Shown: piece after piece, positions 40,887 through 49,918 of the stretch
Layout: every line of letters begins with the position of its first letter
Position numbering within the stretch: position 1 is the stretch's first letter
From: an uncultured Chloroflexia bacterium
GTDB lineage: Bacteria; Chloroflexota; Limnocylindria; Limnocylindrales; CSP1-4
Reading direction: 5' to 3'
Assembly (NCBI GenBank): GCA_963713975.1
Contig: OY970218.1
Coordinates: forward strand, 768,001 to 832,000
DNA: 64,000 nucleotides
The notes under the pieces: generated by a model
What the model saw: the letters and a program-made list of their open reading frames with translations, nothing else
Told to the model about the DNA's origin: nothing
Databases searched by the model: none
Made by a program: the position numbers and the translations under genes

Positions 40887-42053
40887 ATGTCGATGACACC
40901 TCGCGAGCGCGTGCTCGCGACCCTCGCCCACGAGGTCCCCGATCGCGTGCCGATCGTGCTGGGACCCAGCAACGCAACCGGCATCAAGATGGGCACCTAC
41001 CGGCGGGTCAAGGCCCTCGCGGGGATCGAGGCCCCCGACGAGTACCTGTACGACTGGCCGGAGCTGGGTACCGCAAAGCTCGACGAGGCGACGCACCAGC
41101 GGCTCCACGCCGATGTCGTCGGCGTCCTGGACCACCCCCCGGCCCACGTCCGCGAGCGCAATGCGAGACGCGAGCCCCTGTCCCCGATGATCGACGACTG
41201 GGGGAGCGGCCAGATCTACGCCGGCCCCGAGGACTGGTTCCCCGGCGTCCATCCCCTCGCCGACGCGTACACGCTCGAGGAGATCGAGGCGTATCCCTGG
41301 CCCGACATGACCGATCCGACCCGGTTCGAGGGCGTGCGCGCCAGGGCCCAGCGGCTGCGCGACGAGAACCGCTACGCGGTGATGGGCACGCCGTGGCTCG
41401 CATTCCCGCTCGAGCGCGCGTTCGCCATGCAGGGGACCGCCAACTTCCTGGCCAACCTCGCGGGCGAGCCCGAGTTCGCCGAGGCGCTGCTGTGGAAGAC
41501 GCAGTCGCTGTGCAAGACGCTCATGGACCGCTTCCTGCGCGAGTGCGGCGACCTCATCGACATGGTCAAGATCGGCGATGACCTCGGGTCCCAGGTGGGG
41601 TTGCTGATGTCACCTGCCATGTACAGGCGCATCCTCAAGCCGATCCACGCGGACCTGATCGCGTTCATCCGGGAGCGGACGAGGGCGCCGATCGTGTTCC
41701 ACACCGACGGCGACGTGTACGAGCTGCTGGGCGACTTCATCGAGATCGGGGTGGACGTGCTCAACCCAGTCCAGGCCTCGGCCGGCGGGATGAGCGACTT
41801 CGCGGGGCTCAAGCGCCGCTTCGGCGACAACCTGGTGTTCTGCGGCGGGATGGACACCCACCACGTCCTGCCCAACGGCACGCCCGATGACGTCCGGGCC
41901 GAGGTGAAGCGGGTCATCGGGACGCTGGGCGACGGCGGCGGCTACATGCTGGGCGCCGTCCACACGGTCATGAACGACGTGCCTCCCGAGAACGTGCTGG
42001 CGATGGTGGATGCGGTCGAGGAGTACGGGCACTATCCGCTCCGCACCGGGTGA
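40887..42053 (+). CDS. Uroporphyrinogen decarboxylase / MtaA-CmuA family protein
   Basis: AAGGAGG RBS; MTPRERV..PDRVP, GDDLG.Q, FHTDG, LNPVQ, GGMD, VPPEN. Confidence 0.88.
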   Translation: MSMTPRERVLATLAHEVPDRVPIVLGPSNATGIKMGTYRRVKALAGIEAPDEYLYDWPELGTAKLDEATHQRLHADVVGVLDHPPAHVRERNARREPLSPMIDDWGSGQIYAGPEDWFPGVHPLADAYTLEEIEAYPWPDMTDPTRFEGVRARAQRLRDENRYAVMGTPWLAFPLERAFAMQGTANFLANLAGEPEFAEALLWKTQSLCKTLMDRFLRECGDLIDMVKIGDDLGSQVGLLMSPAMYRRILKPIHADLIAFIRERTRAPIVFHTDGDVYELLGDFIEIGVDVLNPVQASAGGMSDFAGLKRRFGDNLVFCGGMDTHHVLPNGTPDDVRAEVKRVIGTLGDGGGYMLGAVHTVMNDVPPENVLAMVDAVEEYGHYPLRTG

Positions 42054-42119
42054 CGCCAACGTCGCCCGGCCGTGATGGCGCGGGCGGCGTTGGCGGAGGA
42101 GAGGAGACGCCTCTGCGGA

Positions 42120-42368
42120 CTACCGGGCGACGACCTCACGGTCGAGCGGTTCGCTCGTTGACAGCTTGGGATCCTGGAACGCGAGGCCGAGGTGATCTAC
42201 CCCGTCATCCGCGAGGTCCTGCTCGTAGGTGCAGATACACGGACCGCCGTGGGCGCAGCCGACGCAGCAGTAGGTCTCGTCCATCCGGTAGACGGGGCGG
42301 GCCGGGTCCGGGAGCAGGCTGTCACACGACGCGCAGTAGCCGCGCCGAGGGCTGGCGAAGACGTGCAT
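42120..42368 (-). CDS. Small Cys-rich metallothionein/TRASH-like protein
   Basis: GGAGG RBS; CASC-x18-CCVGCAHGGPCIC. Confidence 0.7.
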   Translation of the reverse strand: MHVFASPRRGYCASCDSLLPDPARPVYRMDETYCCVGCAHGGPCICTYEQDLADDGVDHLGLAFQDPKLSTSEPLDREVVAR

Positions 42369-42397
42369 GGGAACCTCCAGTTTCTTGTTGACGGAGC

Positions 42398-43675
42398 TCA
42401 GGGGTAGAGGCCTCGAAGGCTCGTGGCCGTGGCGACCCGCTCCACGGCAAGCGCATGCGCGGCGAGCCGTGGCGGGATCCCATCGGCCGCGGCGCGTTGC
42501 CACACCGCATCCGCGGCCGACAGGATGAGGCGACGGAGGCGGTCATTGACCTCATCGCGCGTCCACGCGAGGGCCGACCGGTTCTGCGCCCATTCGAAGT
42601 AGCTGACGATGACGCCGCCAGCGTTGCAGAGGATGTCGGGGATCACGGTCACCCCGTTCGCCCACAGGATGGGGTCCGCCGAGGGCTCGGTCGGGCCGTT
42701 GGCGCCCTCGGCCAGGATCCGTGCTCGGATGTTGCCGGCGTTGCGGGCCGTGATCTGGCCATCGAGCGCGGCGAGGACGAGGATGTCCACGTCGAGCCCG
42801 AAGAGGGTCTCGTTGTCGATGGGCGTCGAGCCCGGGGTGCCGGCCACGGTGCCGTGGGCCCGGAACCGCCGGGCGAGGTCCGGAATGTCGAGGCCGTCCG
42901 GATCGTAGGCCCCTCCACCCACGTCGGTGATCGCGACCACGCTCGCGCCGCTCTCGTGGAGCAGCCGGGCGGTCGCCTCCCCGACGTTGCCAAACCCCTG
43001 GACCGCGACGGTGGCATTCGCGATGTCAAGGCCGATCCGGCGGGCCGCGTCCTCGATCGTGTAGACGATGCCCTGGCCCGTCGCATCAGCGCGTCCGATG
43101 GAGCCCCCGATCGAGACCGGCTTGCCGGTGACGACGCCGGGCACCGAGTACCCCTTGTGCATCGACACCGTGTCCATGAACCAGGCCATGACCTGGGCGT
43201 TCGTGCCCACATCCGGGGCCGGGATGTCGGACTCCGGCCCGACGATCGGTTCCAGCTCCGTGGCGAAGCGCCGGGTGAGGGCCTCGAGCTCCTTGCTGCT
43301 CATCGCCAAGGGGTCACAGGTCACGCCACCCTTCGCCCCGCCGAACGGGACGCCCACGAGCGCGCACTTCCAGGTCATCCACATCGCGAGCGCGCGCACG
43401 TCATCGAGGTCAGTCTGGGGGTGGAAGCGAAGACCGCCCTTGGCGGGGCCACGCGAGACGTTGTGCTGGACGCGATAGCCGGAGAACATGCGGACCGAGC
43501 CGTCGTCCATGGTCACGGGGAAGTTGACCGTGTACTCGCGCTGCGGGACCCGCAGGACCGCGCGGAGGTCGAGGTGGATGGCGAGGTGGTCTGCGGCAGC
43601 ATCGAATTGCGCGAGCGCGGAAGCGAGGGCTTCCTGTCCGGCGGTGCCGCGCGGTGCGCTGGGTGCGATGGTCAT
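42398..43675 (-). CDS. gdhA: Glutamate dehydrogenase (Glu/Leu/Phe/Val family)
   Basis: GYRVQH..RGPAKGG, MTWK, GGAKGG, PAPDVGT, QGFGNVG, EGANGP, NAGGV.VSYFEW. Confidence 0.95.
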   Translation of the reverse strand: MTIAPSAPRGTAGQEALASALAQFDAAADHLAIHLDLRAVLRVPQREYTVNFPVTMDDGSVRMFSGYRVQHNVSRGPAKGGLRFHPQTDLDDVRALAMWMTWKCALVGVPFGGAKGGVTCDPLAMSSKELEALTRRFATELEPIVGPESDIPAPDVGTNAQVMAWFMDTVSMHKGYSVPGVVTGKPVSIGGSIGRADATGQGIVYTIEDAARRIGLDIANATVAVQGFGNVGEATARLLHESGASVVAITDVGGGAYDPDGLDIPDLARRFRAHGTVAGTPGSTPIDNETLFGLDVDILVLAALDGQITARNAGNIRARILAEGANGPTEPSADPILWANGVTVIPDILCNAGGVIVSYFEWAQNRSALAWTRDEVNDRLRRLILSAADAVWQRAAADGIPPRLAAHALAVERVATATSLRGLYP

Positions 43676-43758
43676 TGTGCGTCTCCGGGCAACTACTGGT
43701 GGCAATGCCGACTGGGACAGAGCGTCGCCCGGGCAGGGAAACGAAGGCATGGACGCAC

Positions 43759-43806
43759 GTGAACGACCCGTGAACGGCAGGCCTGCCGTATTCACGGCAC
43801 GTTCAC
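43759..43806. promoter_or_regulatory. Symmetric OmpR/PhoB-type operator: two head-to-head pairs of (G/A)TTCAC at 11-bp period
   Basis: GTGAAC at 43759 and 43770; ATTCAC at 43790; GTTCAC at 43801; central GGCAGGCCTGCC palindrome. Confidence 0.7.
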
Positions 43807-43892
43807 ACTGGTTCCCCGGATGCTTCAGGCACGACGTGGACGATGCAGTTGAAGGGCGGCGATCCGACGCGCCCGCCACGGAGGCACCGACC

Positions 43893-44345
43893 ATGGCCGA
43901 GCCCGCCTATTCCCTCGCGATCAGCCCCGGTCGCTGGCCGATGACGCTTGCCGCCCGTGAGTCGCTCGTGGCCGAGGCCGACCGTCTTGCCGACGACGTC
44001 GCGCACGACAAGCTGGCGCGGACCACCGATGACGAGGGCCTCGTGCACCTGCATGTCGCACACGCCGCACGCAAGCTCAACGCCATCCGTGCGGTCCTGG
44101 AAGCATCGGTCGTCGTCACGGACCCGGACACGGTCCTGATCGGCCGCCGGGTGACGGTGTGCGATGCGAACGGGCAGGTCAGCACCTACGCGCTGGTCGC
44201 TCCCGGCGACGGCGACCCGTCACTGGGCTGGATCTCCGCGGGCTCCCCGCTCGGCGCCGCCGTCCTTGGCCGACGGCCCGGCGACCGTGTCGAGGTCGCC
44301 GCGCCTGCCGGGAGCTGGACAGTCGCGATCATCGCCGCCGAGTGA
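43893..44345 (+). CDS. GreA/GreB family protein with shortened N-terminal coil (Rnk/Gfh-like)
   Basis: V.IG..V, Y.LV.P..GDP..GWIS..SPLGAA.LG..GD.V.V.AP.G. Confidence 0.85.
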   Translation: MAEPAYSLAISPGRWPMTLAARESLVAEADRLADDVAHDKLARTTDDEGLVHLHVAHAARKLNAIRAVLEASVVVTDPDTVLIGRRVTVCDANGQVSTYALVAPGDGDPSLGWISAGSPLGAAVLGRRPGDRVEVAAPAGSWTVAIIAAE

Positions 44346-44406
44346 TGGACGACTATGCTCAATGCATGTCCGCCAGCGTTTCGCGTGAGTCAGCGCTTCG
44401 AGAGCA

Positions 44407-45381
44407 ATGAGCACCTCGCCGTTGCTCCGCGCCGCACTTGCCCTCCTCCCGCCGTCGGCGACCGCCAGCGAGCTTGATCAGCGGTTCGCGGCCGCGGGTG
44501 CTGATCTCCAGCCCGGGACAGCCGCCCAGGTGCTGGGGAAGCTCGCCAACCTCGGGCTCATTCGAGCCAGCCGGCAGACACGCGATGGCGTCCGCTACGT
44601 GGCGACCACGCTCGGCACGAGCTCCATGGATGCGAGCCTCCGCGGTGAGGCGGGGAGCTCGCTCGCCGACCTCGAGCGCCTGCGGACGGACCTGCTCTCG
44701 ACCATTGCCCATGAGCTGCGGACGCCGCTCACGGCCGTGCGCACGAGCGTCGGCCTGCTGCTGGAGCCGACCGCAGAACCAACCGAGGATCAGCACCGGG
44801 CGTTGCTTGAGGCCATCGAGCGCAACGCCGAGCGGATGCAACGGCTCGTGGGCGACATCCTGGAGCTGTCCCGGTTCCGCTCCGGCAGTGTGAGCCTCCA
44901 ACTCCGCCGGTTCAGCGCGGTCGAGCTGGCGGACTCCGTCATCGCCGTCATCGCACCATTGGCCCTCCAGCGCGGCCAGAACCTCGAGCGGCTTGCACCT
45001 CTCTCCGGCGACCATCGGGTCTACGGTGACCACCGGCGGCTGGAGCGGGCCCTGCTCAACCTGGTCTCCAATGCGCAGCGCTTCACGCCCGACGGCGGGG
45101 CGATCTCGGTGGCCGTGGACGTGCGCGAGTACCTCACCTGCTGGACGGTGAGCGACGAAGGGCCCGGGATCTCCGACGCAGACCAGGCCCGGCTCTTCGA
45201 GCGCTTCTTCGTGGGCCGCAACGACACGTCCGGCCCGCATGATGGCGTGGGCCTGGGGCTGCCGACGGCACTCGCCATCGCCCAGGCGCACGGAGGGACG
45301 ATCGAGGTCCGCAGCGAGCCTGGCCGTGGAAGCACGTTCTCGCTGGTCGTCCCGACGGCCGGCCCGGATGAGGAGCCGTGA
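44407..45381 (+). CDS. Soluble sensor histidine kinase with a winged-helix-like N-terminus
   Basis: IAHELRTPL, NLVSNA, DEGPGI, FERF, GVGLGL; no TM segment. Confidence 0.92.
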   Translation: MSTSPLLRAALALLPPSATASELDQRFAAAGADLQPGTAAQVLGKLANLGLIRASRQTRDGVRYVATTLGTSSMDASLRGEAGSSLADLERLRTDLLSTIAHELRTPLTAVRTSVGLLLEPTAEPTEDQHRALLEAIERNAERMQRLVGDILELSRFRSGSVSLQLRRFSAVELADSVIAVIAPLALQRGQNLERLAPLSGDHRVYGDHRRLERALLNLVSNAQRFTPDGGAISVAVDVREYLTCWTVSDEGPGISDADQARLFERFFVGRNDTSGPHDGVGLGLPTALAIAQAHGGTIEVRSEPGRGSTFSLVVPTAGPDEEP

Positions 45382-46073
45382 TGCGCATCCTCGTCGTGGA
45401 TGACGAGCCGGACGTGATCGAGTCCGTGCGACTCGGCTTCATGCTCCAGTGGCGCGAGGTCGAGGTGCTGGGCATCGGCGACGGCGACGCGGCCCTGGAC
45501 ATCGTCGAGCGGCAGTCGCCGGACATCGTCCTGCTGGACGTGGGCCTGCCCGATCGAGACGGGTTCGACGTCCTACGCGAGCTCCGCTCCTTCTCGGACG
45601 TCCCCGTCGTGATGCTGACCGCCCGCGATGACGCGATGGACAAGGTCAAGGGCCTTGAGCTGGGCGCCGACGACTACGTGACGAAGCCGTTCAACCATCT
45701 CGAGCTGATGGCGCGGGTCAAGGCGGTGCTCCGCCGGTTGGACATGCCCGCTCCCGCCAGCCGAGCACCGTCCTTCCGGTCGGGCGACCTCGAGGTTGAC
45801 TTTGCGAAACAGGAGGCGCGGCTGTGTGGCGAGCGGATCGACCTCACGCCGACCGAGTACAAGCTGCTCTACCACCTCGTCCGCAACGTCGGCCATGTGC
45901 TGCAGCACGGGACGCTGCTGGCGAAGGTCTGGGGCCGCGAGTACATCGACGAGACCGACTATGTCCGCGTCTACATCCGTCGGCTGCGCGACAAGCTTGG
46001 TGACGATCCGGACCACCCGCGCTACATCAAGACGGAGCGCAGGCTCGGCTACCGATTCCTCGCGCCGGGTTGA
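45378..46073 (+). CDS. OmpR/KdpE-family response regulator
   Basis: VVDDE, LLDVGLP, LTA, GADDYVTKPF; LTPTEY, YIRRLR.KL, GYRF. Confidence 0.95.
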   Translation: MMRILVVDDEPDVIESVRLGFMLQWREVEVLGIGDGDAALDIVERQSPDIVLLDVGLPDRDGFDVLRELRSFSDVPVVMLTARDDAMDKVKGLELGADDYVTKPFNHLELMARVKAVLRRLDMPAPASRAPSFRSGDLEVDFAKQEARLCGERIDLTPTEYKLLYHLVRNVGHVLQHGTLLAKVWGREYIDETDYVRVYIRRLRDKLGDDPDHPRYIKTERRLGYRFLAPG

Positions 46074-46167
46074 AGGAACCCGTGGGCCCAGCCGGCGGCG
46101 GCGTGATGCGGCCACGTGGTGCGCCTGACCCGCCTCCAGCGGCAGCAGACCAGAAGAGGAGTGACCA

Positions 46168-46425
46168 ATGACAGACGAGCATGTTCTCGACATACGCAGT
46201 GAGCCGCCTTCTCGCCGCCACGCCGTGATCTTCGAGACATTCGAGGCGTTGGCACCGGGCGACGGGTTCGAGCTGGTCAATGACCATGACCCGAAGCCGC
46301 TCTACTACCAACTCGCGGCCGAGCAGCCGGGGGCGTTCACGTGGGACTATCTCGAGACCGGGCCCATCGTGTGGCGTGTGCGGATCGGTCGCGCCGAGAC
46401 CGTGGTCCCGACCACGGGCGCCTGA
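46168..46425 (+). CDS. DUF2249 domain protein
   Basis: GAGGAG RBS; LDIR..P..RH..IF..F..L.PG..LVNDHDPKPL.YQ, GP..WRV.I. Confidence 0.92.
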   Translation: MTDEHVLDIRSEPPSRRHAVIFETFEALAPGDGFELVNDHDPKPLYYQLAAEQPGAFTWDYLETGPIVWRVRIGRAETVVPTTGA

Positions 46426-46440
46426 TCACCACACGTGCAG

Positions 46441-47241
46441 ATGCCATCCCGGCCTGACGGCCCCCCGCTCGGCATCGCGTCGGTGCCCAATCTCCGTGAC
46501 GTCGGTGGCAGCGCGACGCGTGACGGACGCATCGTCCGAACGGGCCTGCTCTACCGGTCCGGTGCTCTCCGGCGGCTCGACGAAGCGGACGAGGAGGCGT
46601 TCGGGCGGCTCGGGCTCCGCCGCGTGTACGACCTGCGTGGGTCGAGGGAGCGGGAGGTCGCGCCCGACCTGCAGCCGCCCGGGACGGAGTACGTGCCCCT
46701 CGACGTGCTCGCGGACTGGGGCGAGGGCGGCCCCGACCGCATCTTCGCGTTGTTCGAGGACCCGGAGGCCGCCCGCAGGGAGCTTGGCGGCGGCGGGGCG
46801 GAGGCGCTGTGGGTCGAGCAGTACCGCAGGCTCGTCACGCTCCCGAGCGCCCACGCCGCCTACGGACGCATCTTCCGCGACCTCGCCCGCGCTGACGGCC
46901 CACCGGCGCTGGTCCACTGCTCCGGGGGCAAGGATCGGACCGGATGGGCGGCCGCGTCGCTCCTGCTGCTGCTCGATGTCGCTCCGGACCTAGTGATGGC
47001 CGACTACCTGCGGGGCGGCTGGGGCGAGCACGCGTCCGCGAGCCCGTTGATGCGGGCCCTGGTCGAGCGTGGCGGCGACCCGGATCTGTGGCAGCCGATC
47101 TTCACCGCCGAGCCCCGCTACCTGGAGGCCGCGCTCGACGAGGTCCACCACTCGTTCGGGTCGATCAGTGCCTACTTCGCCGATGGCCTGAACGTCGATG
47201 CCGCCGCGCAGGACGGGCTCCGGGCCGCCTTCACCGGCTGA
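46441..47241 (+). CDS. Tyrosine-protein phosphatase (Y_phosphatase3/IphP-like)
   Basis: NLRDVGG, LYRS, DLR...E, HCSGGKDRTG. Confidence 0.93.
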   Translation: MPSRPDGPPLGIASVPNLRDVGGSATRDGRIVRTGLLYRSGALRRLDEADEEAFGRLGLRRVYDLRGSREREVAPDLQPPGTEYVPLDVLADWGEGGPDRIFALFEDPEAARRELGGGGAEALWVEQYRRLVTLPSAHAAYGRIFRDLARADGPPALVHCSGGKDRTGWAAASLLLLLDVAPDLVMADYLRGGWGEHASASPLMRALVERGGDPDLWQPIFTAEPRYLEAALDEVHHSFGSISAYFADGLNVDAAAQDGLRAAFTG

Positions 47242-47359
47242 GGCTCGACGGCCGGCGGTGAGTCTGGGTGAACGCCGTCGCCGGGCCCAGACGGCGTCGC
47301 TCAGTCCACGAGGCGGACGCGTACGCCGAGTGCCTCGGTCGTGGCATGAGTCGCGCCAC

Positions 47360-47467
47360 TCAGCGACGGCGGGCCCACAGCAGGAGCGCCATGCCCACGA
47401 GCGCAGCGGTGGCCGCTCCGGGGTCGTGGCCATGCTCGTGCGGGTGATCGGGATGGTCCGTCGTCAC
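47360..47467 (-). CDS. 35-aa His-rich membrane peptide (below the ORF-track cutoff)
   Basis: GAGG RBS and GTG start; MTTDHPDHPHEHGHDPGAATAALVGMALLLWARRR. Confidence 0.5.
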   Translation of the reverse strand: MTTDHPDHPHEHGHDPGAATAALVGMALLLWARRR

Positions 47468-47569
47468 GATTGCCTCAGTCGGGCCGACCGGAGATGGGAT
47501 CGGCCGCCACCTATTGTCGACCATGCCTTGAAGGCTCGCGTGTCCGGACGCAGCGACGCCAGGGACCGT

Positions 47570-48352
47570 TCAGCCCTTCGGCGGCCCGATCTCCTCGATG
47601 ACGTCGATCAGTGGCTGCTGGCTCACCTGGAGGAACCCGCGGCGAGGACGGTCGAGGTCCACGATGAGCGTGATCAACGCCCCGAGGACGATGACGAGGA
47701 TGACGGCACCGACGCTGCTCCGACGCCGGGTCAGGCCAGCGTGGAACCCCACCATGCCGAGGATCAGCGCTGATCCGGCGAACACCAGCAGCACGACCGT
47801 CTCCGGCACCCGGGCGTACTCGATCGCCGTCTGGCGGGCCTCGCCGACGTCGAACATGTCATTCAGCGCGGAGCTGTAGAGCGCGAGCGCCTGCGAGTCG
47901 GGCGACTCGCGCACGAGGGGCTCGGCGATCGCCCACAGCCGGTCCTGGATCTCGCCCGAACGGGCGAACTGCACCTGGAGCTGGGCCTCATCTGCCGTAT
48001 CGACACGCTGCGGCGCGTAGTCCCGGAGAAGCTCACGTGTCTGGTCGGACGCCGGTTGCGGCAGGAATCCGGCGCGAAGGTAGACCGTGCCGATGGCATT
48101 TGCCTCCTCGAGCACCAGTTGCCGACGCATGTCGAACCGGTCCGAGGCCATGCCCATGGTGACCGCGAGCAGAAACGCCATCAGCGCGAGCAACGAGCCG
48201 ACCAGGATGCCGCTCGGTCCCTGGACCTCGTCGGGGGTGCGCTCCTGCCACCAGCGACCGACCCGGTATCCGATCTCGTAGGTGACAAGCGCCACGAGCG
48301 CGAACAGGAGGTACACGCCGAGGACGGGAATGGGGTCGAGCAGCTGGTGCGT
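47570..48352 (-). CDS. DUF4239/bestrophin-like membrane protein (start codon anomalous)
   Basis: LLAVT..MA..RFD.RR..V..EANAIGT.YLRA, LDRPRRG..VSQQPL; AAGGA RBS precedes ACG at 48352. Confidence 0.82.
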   Translation of the reverse strand, partial: THQLLDPIPVLGVYLLFALVALVTYEIGYRVGRWWQERTPDEVQGPSGILVGSLLALMAFLLAVTMGMASDRFDMRRQLVLEEANAIGTVYLRAGFLPQPASDQTRELLRDYAPQRVDTADEAQLQVQFARSGEIQDRLWAIAEPLVRESPDSQALALYSSALNDMFDVGEARQTAIEYARVPETVVLLVFAGSALILGMVGFHAGLTRRRSSVGAVILVIVLGALITLIVDLDRPRRGFLQVSQQPLIDVIEEIGPPKG

Positions 48353-48548
48353 GGCTGTGGTCCTTGGGCGGGATGACAAGGGGTCGGCGCGGTTCCGTCT
48401 CCCCGAGTGCAGCGTATCCCGACGCCGGGACTGGCGTGCGGCCTCCGACGCCGATCGCACGGCAGTTGCCCCGTCAGCGCGCGACGCCCTGGCTCGCATG
48501 GTCGACGCTGCACGGTGGTGCCGGTCGTGCAACGCCATCGGCGACGGA

Positions 48549-48564
48549 TGGTCGGGGCGAGAGG
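48549..48564 (-). repeat. att core copy A (tRNA-Pro 3' end CCTCTCGCCCCGACCA)
   Basis: TGGTCGGGGCGAGAGG on the + strand. Confidence 0.8.
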
Positions 48565-48652
48565 AGGCAAACCTCCACGACCGACCTTAGCGTCCCGCAA
48601 GTCCGGCGGCCTTCGTTCAGCGGTGACTCACGTGGCGCCCGGCGTCGTCCGC

Positions 48653-49828
48653 TCAGCCGCGACCGACGACCATCGCCTCGTAGTCCACGAGGAGGTCGAA
48701 CAGGTCCGTGGCGGCGTACTGGCGGTCGTAGGTCCCCTGGCTGATCTGTGTGAGGACCCCGGCCTCGGCAAGAGACTTGAGCGCCGCGAGCGTCTGTTGC
48801 TGGCTGGTGCCGATGGCCGTACGCGCGGTAGGCGCCGAGAGGACCGGCAGTGCCGGCAGGAGCGCGATCAACTTCGACGCCGCCGATCCGGACCTCGGGT
48901 TCCCGGCGAGGTCCATCCAGCCCCGCTGGAGGGCCGCCACCCGGTCCGCCAGCACCACCGACGCCGATGCCGCATCCCGGGTCGCGGCGGCGAATGAGCC
49001 GATCCACTCGGCAAGCCTGCCCTCCCGGAACCCGACGAGGCCGTCCACGTACGCGCCGGGCCGCGCGGCCAGCACGATGGACACCGGTGGCACGAAGCGC
49101 ACGGTGGCACCCCGACGGCGCAGGACGACATGCACCAGACACCGTCCGACGCGACCGTTGCCGTCGAGGAAGGGGTGGATCGTCTCGAACTGGGCGTGGG
49201 CGATCGCGGCCTGGGCAACGACCGGCAGGTCGTCGCGACCGAGGAAGGCGGCCAGGTCCTCCAGCAGGCCGGAGACGAGATCCTCGGGCGGCGGGATGTA
49301 CCGGGCATCGGACGGGTTGTCCAGTCGACCGCCGATCCAGTTCTGCTCCTCTCGTACGCACCCCGGCCGCGCCCGCTCGTCGCCGGCCATCAGTGTGCGG
49401 TGGATCGCGAGCAGGTGGTCGACGGAGACCCGCTCATCGCCTGCACCGATCGCAATCGCCTCCTCCATCGCGGACACGTTCGCCGCGACGATTCGCGCGC
49501 TCCCCTTGGCCGCACGGGGATCGACCAGGGCACGGGCGAGGTTGAGGGAGCTGACGTCGTAGCCCTCGAGGCGGGACGAGGCCACCGCCTCCGATCGCAG
49601 GAGCAGCGGTCCGATCGCCTCGAGCCCGCCGACCGACGCCCGGTCGTTCAGGGCCCGGATCGCGGTCGCGGCTGCGGCCGCGAGGTCGGCCGTCTCGAAC
49701 GGGACGACCGGTGCGAGGGTGGCGACCGGGTCAGGCACGAAGGCCCGATAGCGGAAGGTGGCCCGGGCGCGCCGCCCGCCGATCGTCCCCGGATCGCCTT
49801 CCCAAACGCGCTCGACCGACCGAGGCAT
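48653..49828 (-). CDS. Fic family protein with C-terminal HTH-like region
   Basis: HPFLDGNGRVGR Fic motif; EAVASSRLEG. Confidence 0.93.
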   Translation of the reverse strand: MPRSVERVWEGDPGTIGGRRARATFRYRAFVPDPVATLAPVVPFETADLAAAAATAIRALNDRASVGGLEAIGPLLLRSEAVASSRLEGYDVSSLNLARALVDPRAAKGSARIVAANVSAMEEAIAIGAGDERVSVDHLLAIHRTLMAGDERARPGCVREEQNWIGGRLDNPSDARYIPPPEDLVSGLLEDLAAFLGRDDLPVVAQAAIAHAQFETIHPFLDGNGRVGRCLVHVVLRRRGATVRFVPPVSIVLAARPGAYVDGLVGFREGRLAEWIGSFAAATRDAASASVVLADRVAALQRGWMDLAGNPRSGSAASKLIALLPALPVLSAPTARTAIGTSQQQTLAALKSLAEAGVLTQISQGTYDRQYAATDLFDLLVDYEAMVVGRG

Positions 49829-49875
49829 GACTGTGGCACCCTTCACCTGCCGTCCAACAGTGAACGGATGGGCAC

Positions 49876-49918
49876 ACACTAGCCATCTAAACCTTCAATG
49901 TCAACGAACGAATGAAGG
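49876..49918 (-). promoter_or_regulatory. Sigma70 promoter of the Fic gene with an overlapping inverted repeat
   Basis: Minus-strand TTGACA (49899-49904), 17 nt, TAGTGT (49876-49881); CCTTCA...TGAAGG flanks the -35. Confidence 0.7.

Noticed and set aside
40887-42053. hemE assignment
   Set aside because: Lacks the WxMRQAGR motif of true HemE; fits the broader URO-D/MtaA-like family
43759-43806. Rex or CRP site
   Set aside because: Half-site spacing does not fit TTGTGAA-n4-TTCACAA or TGTGA-n6-TCACA; the 11-bp tandem pattern fits better
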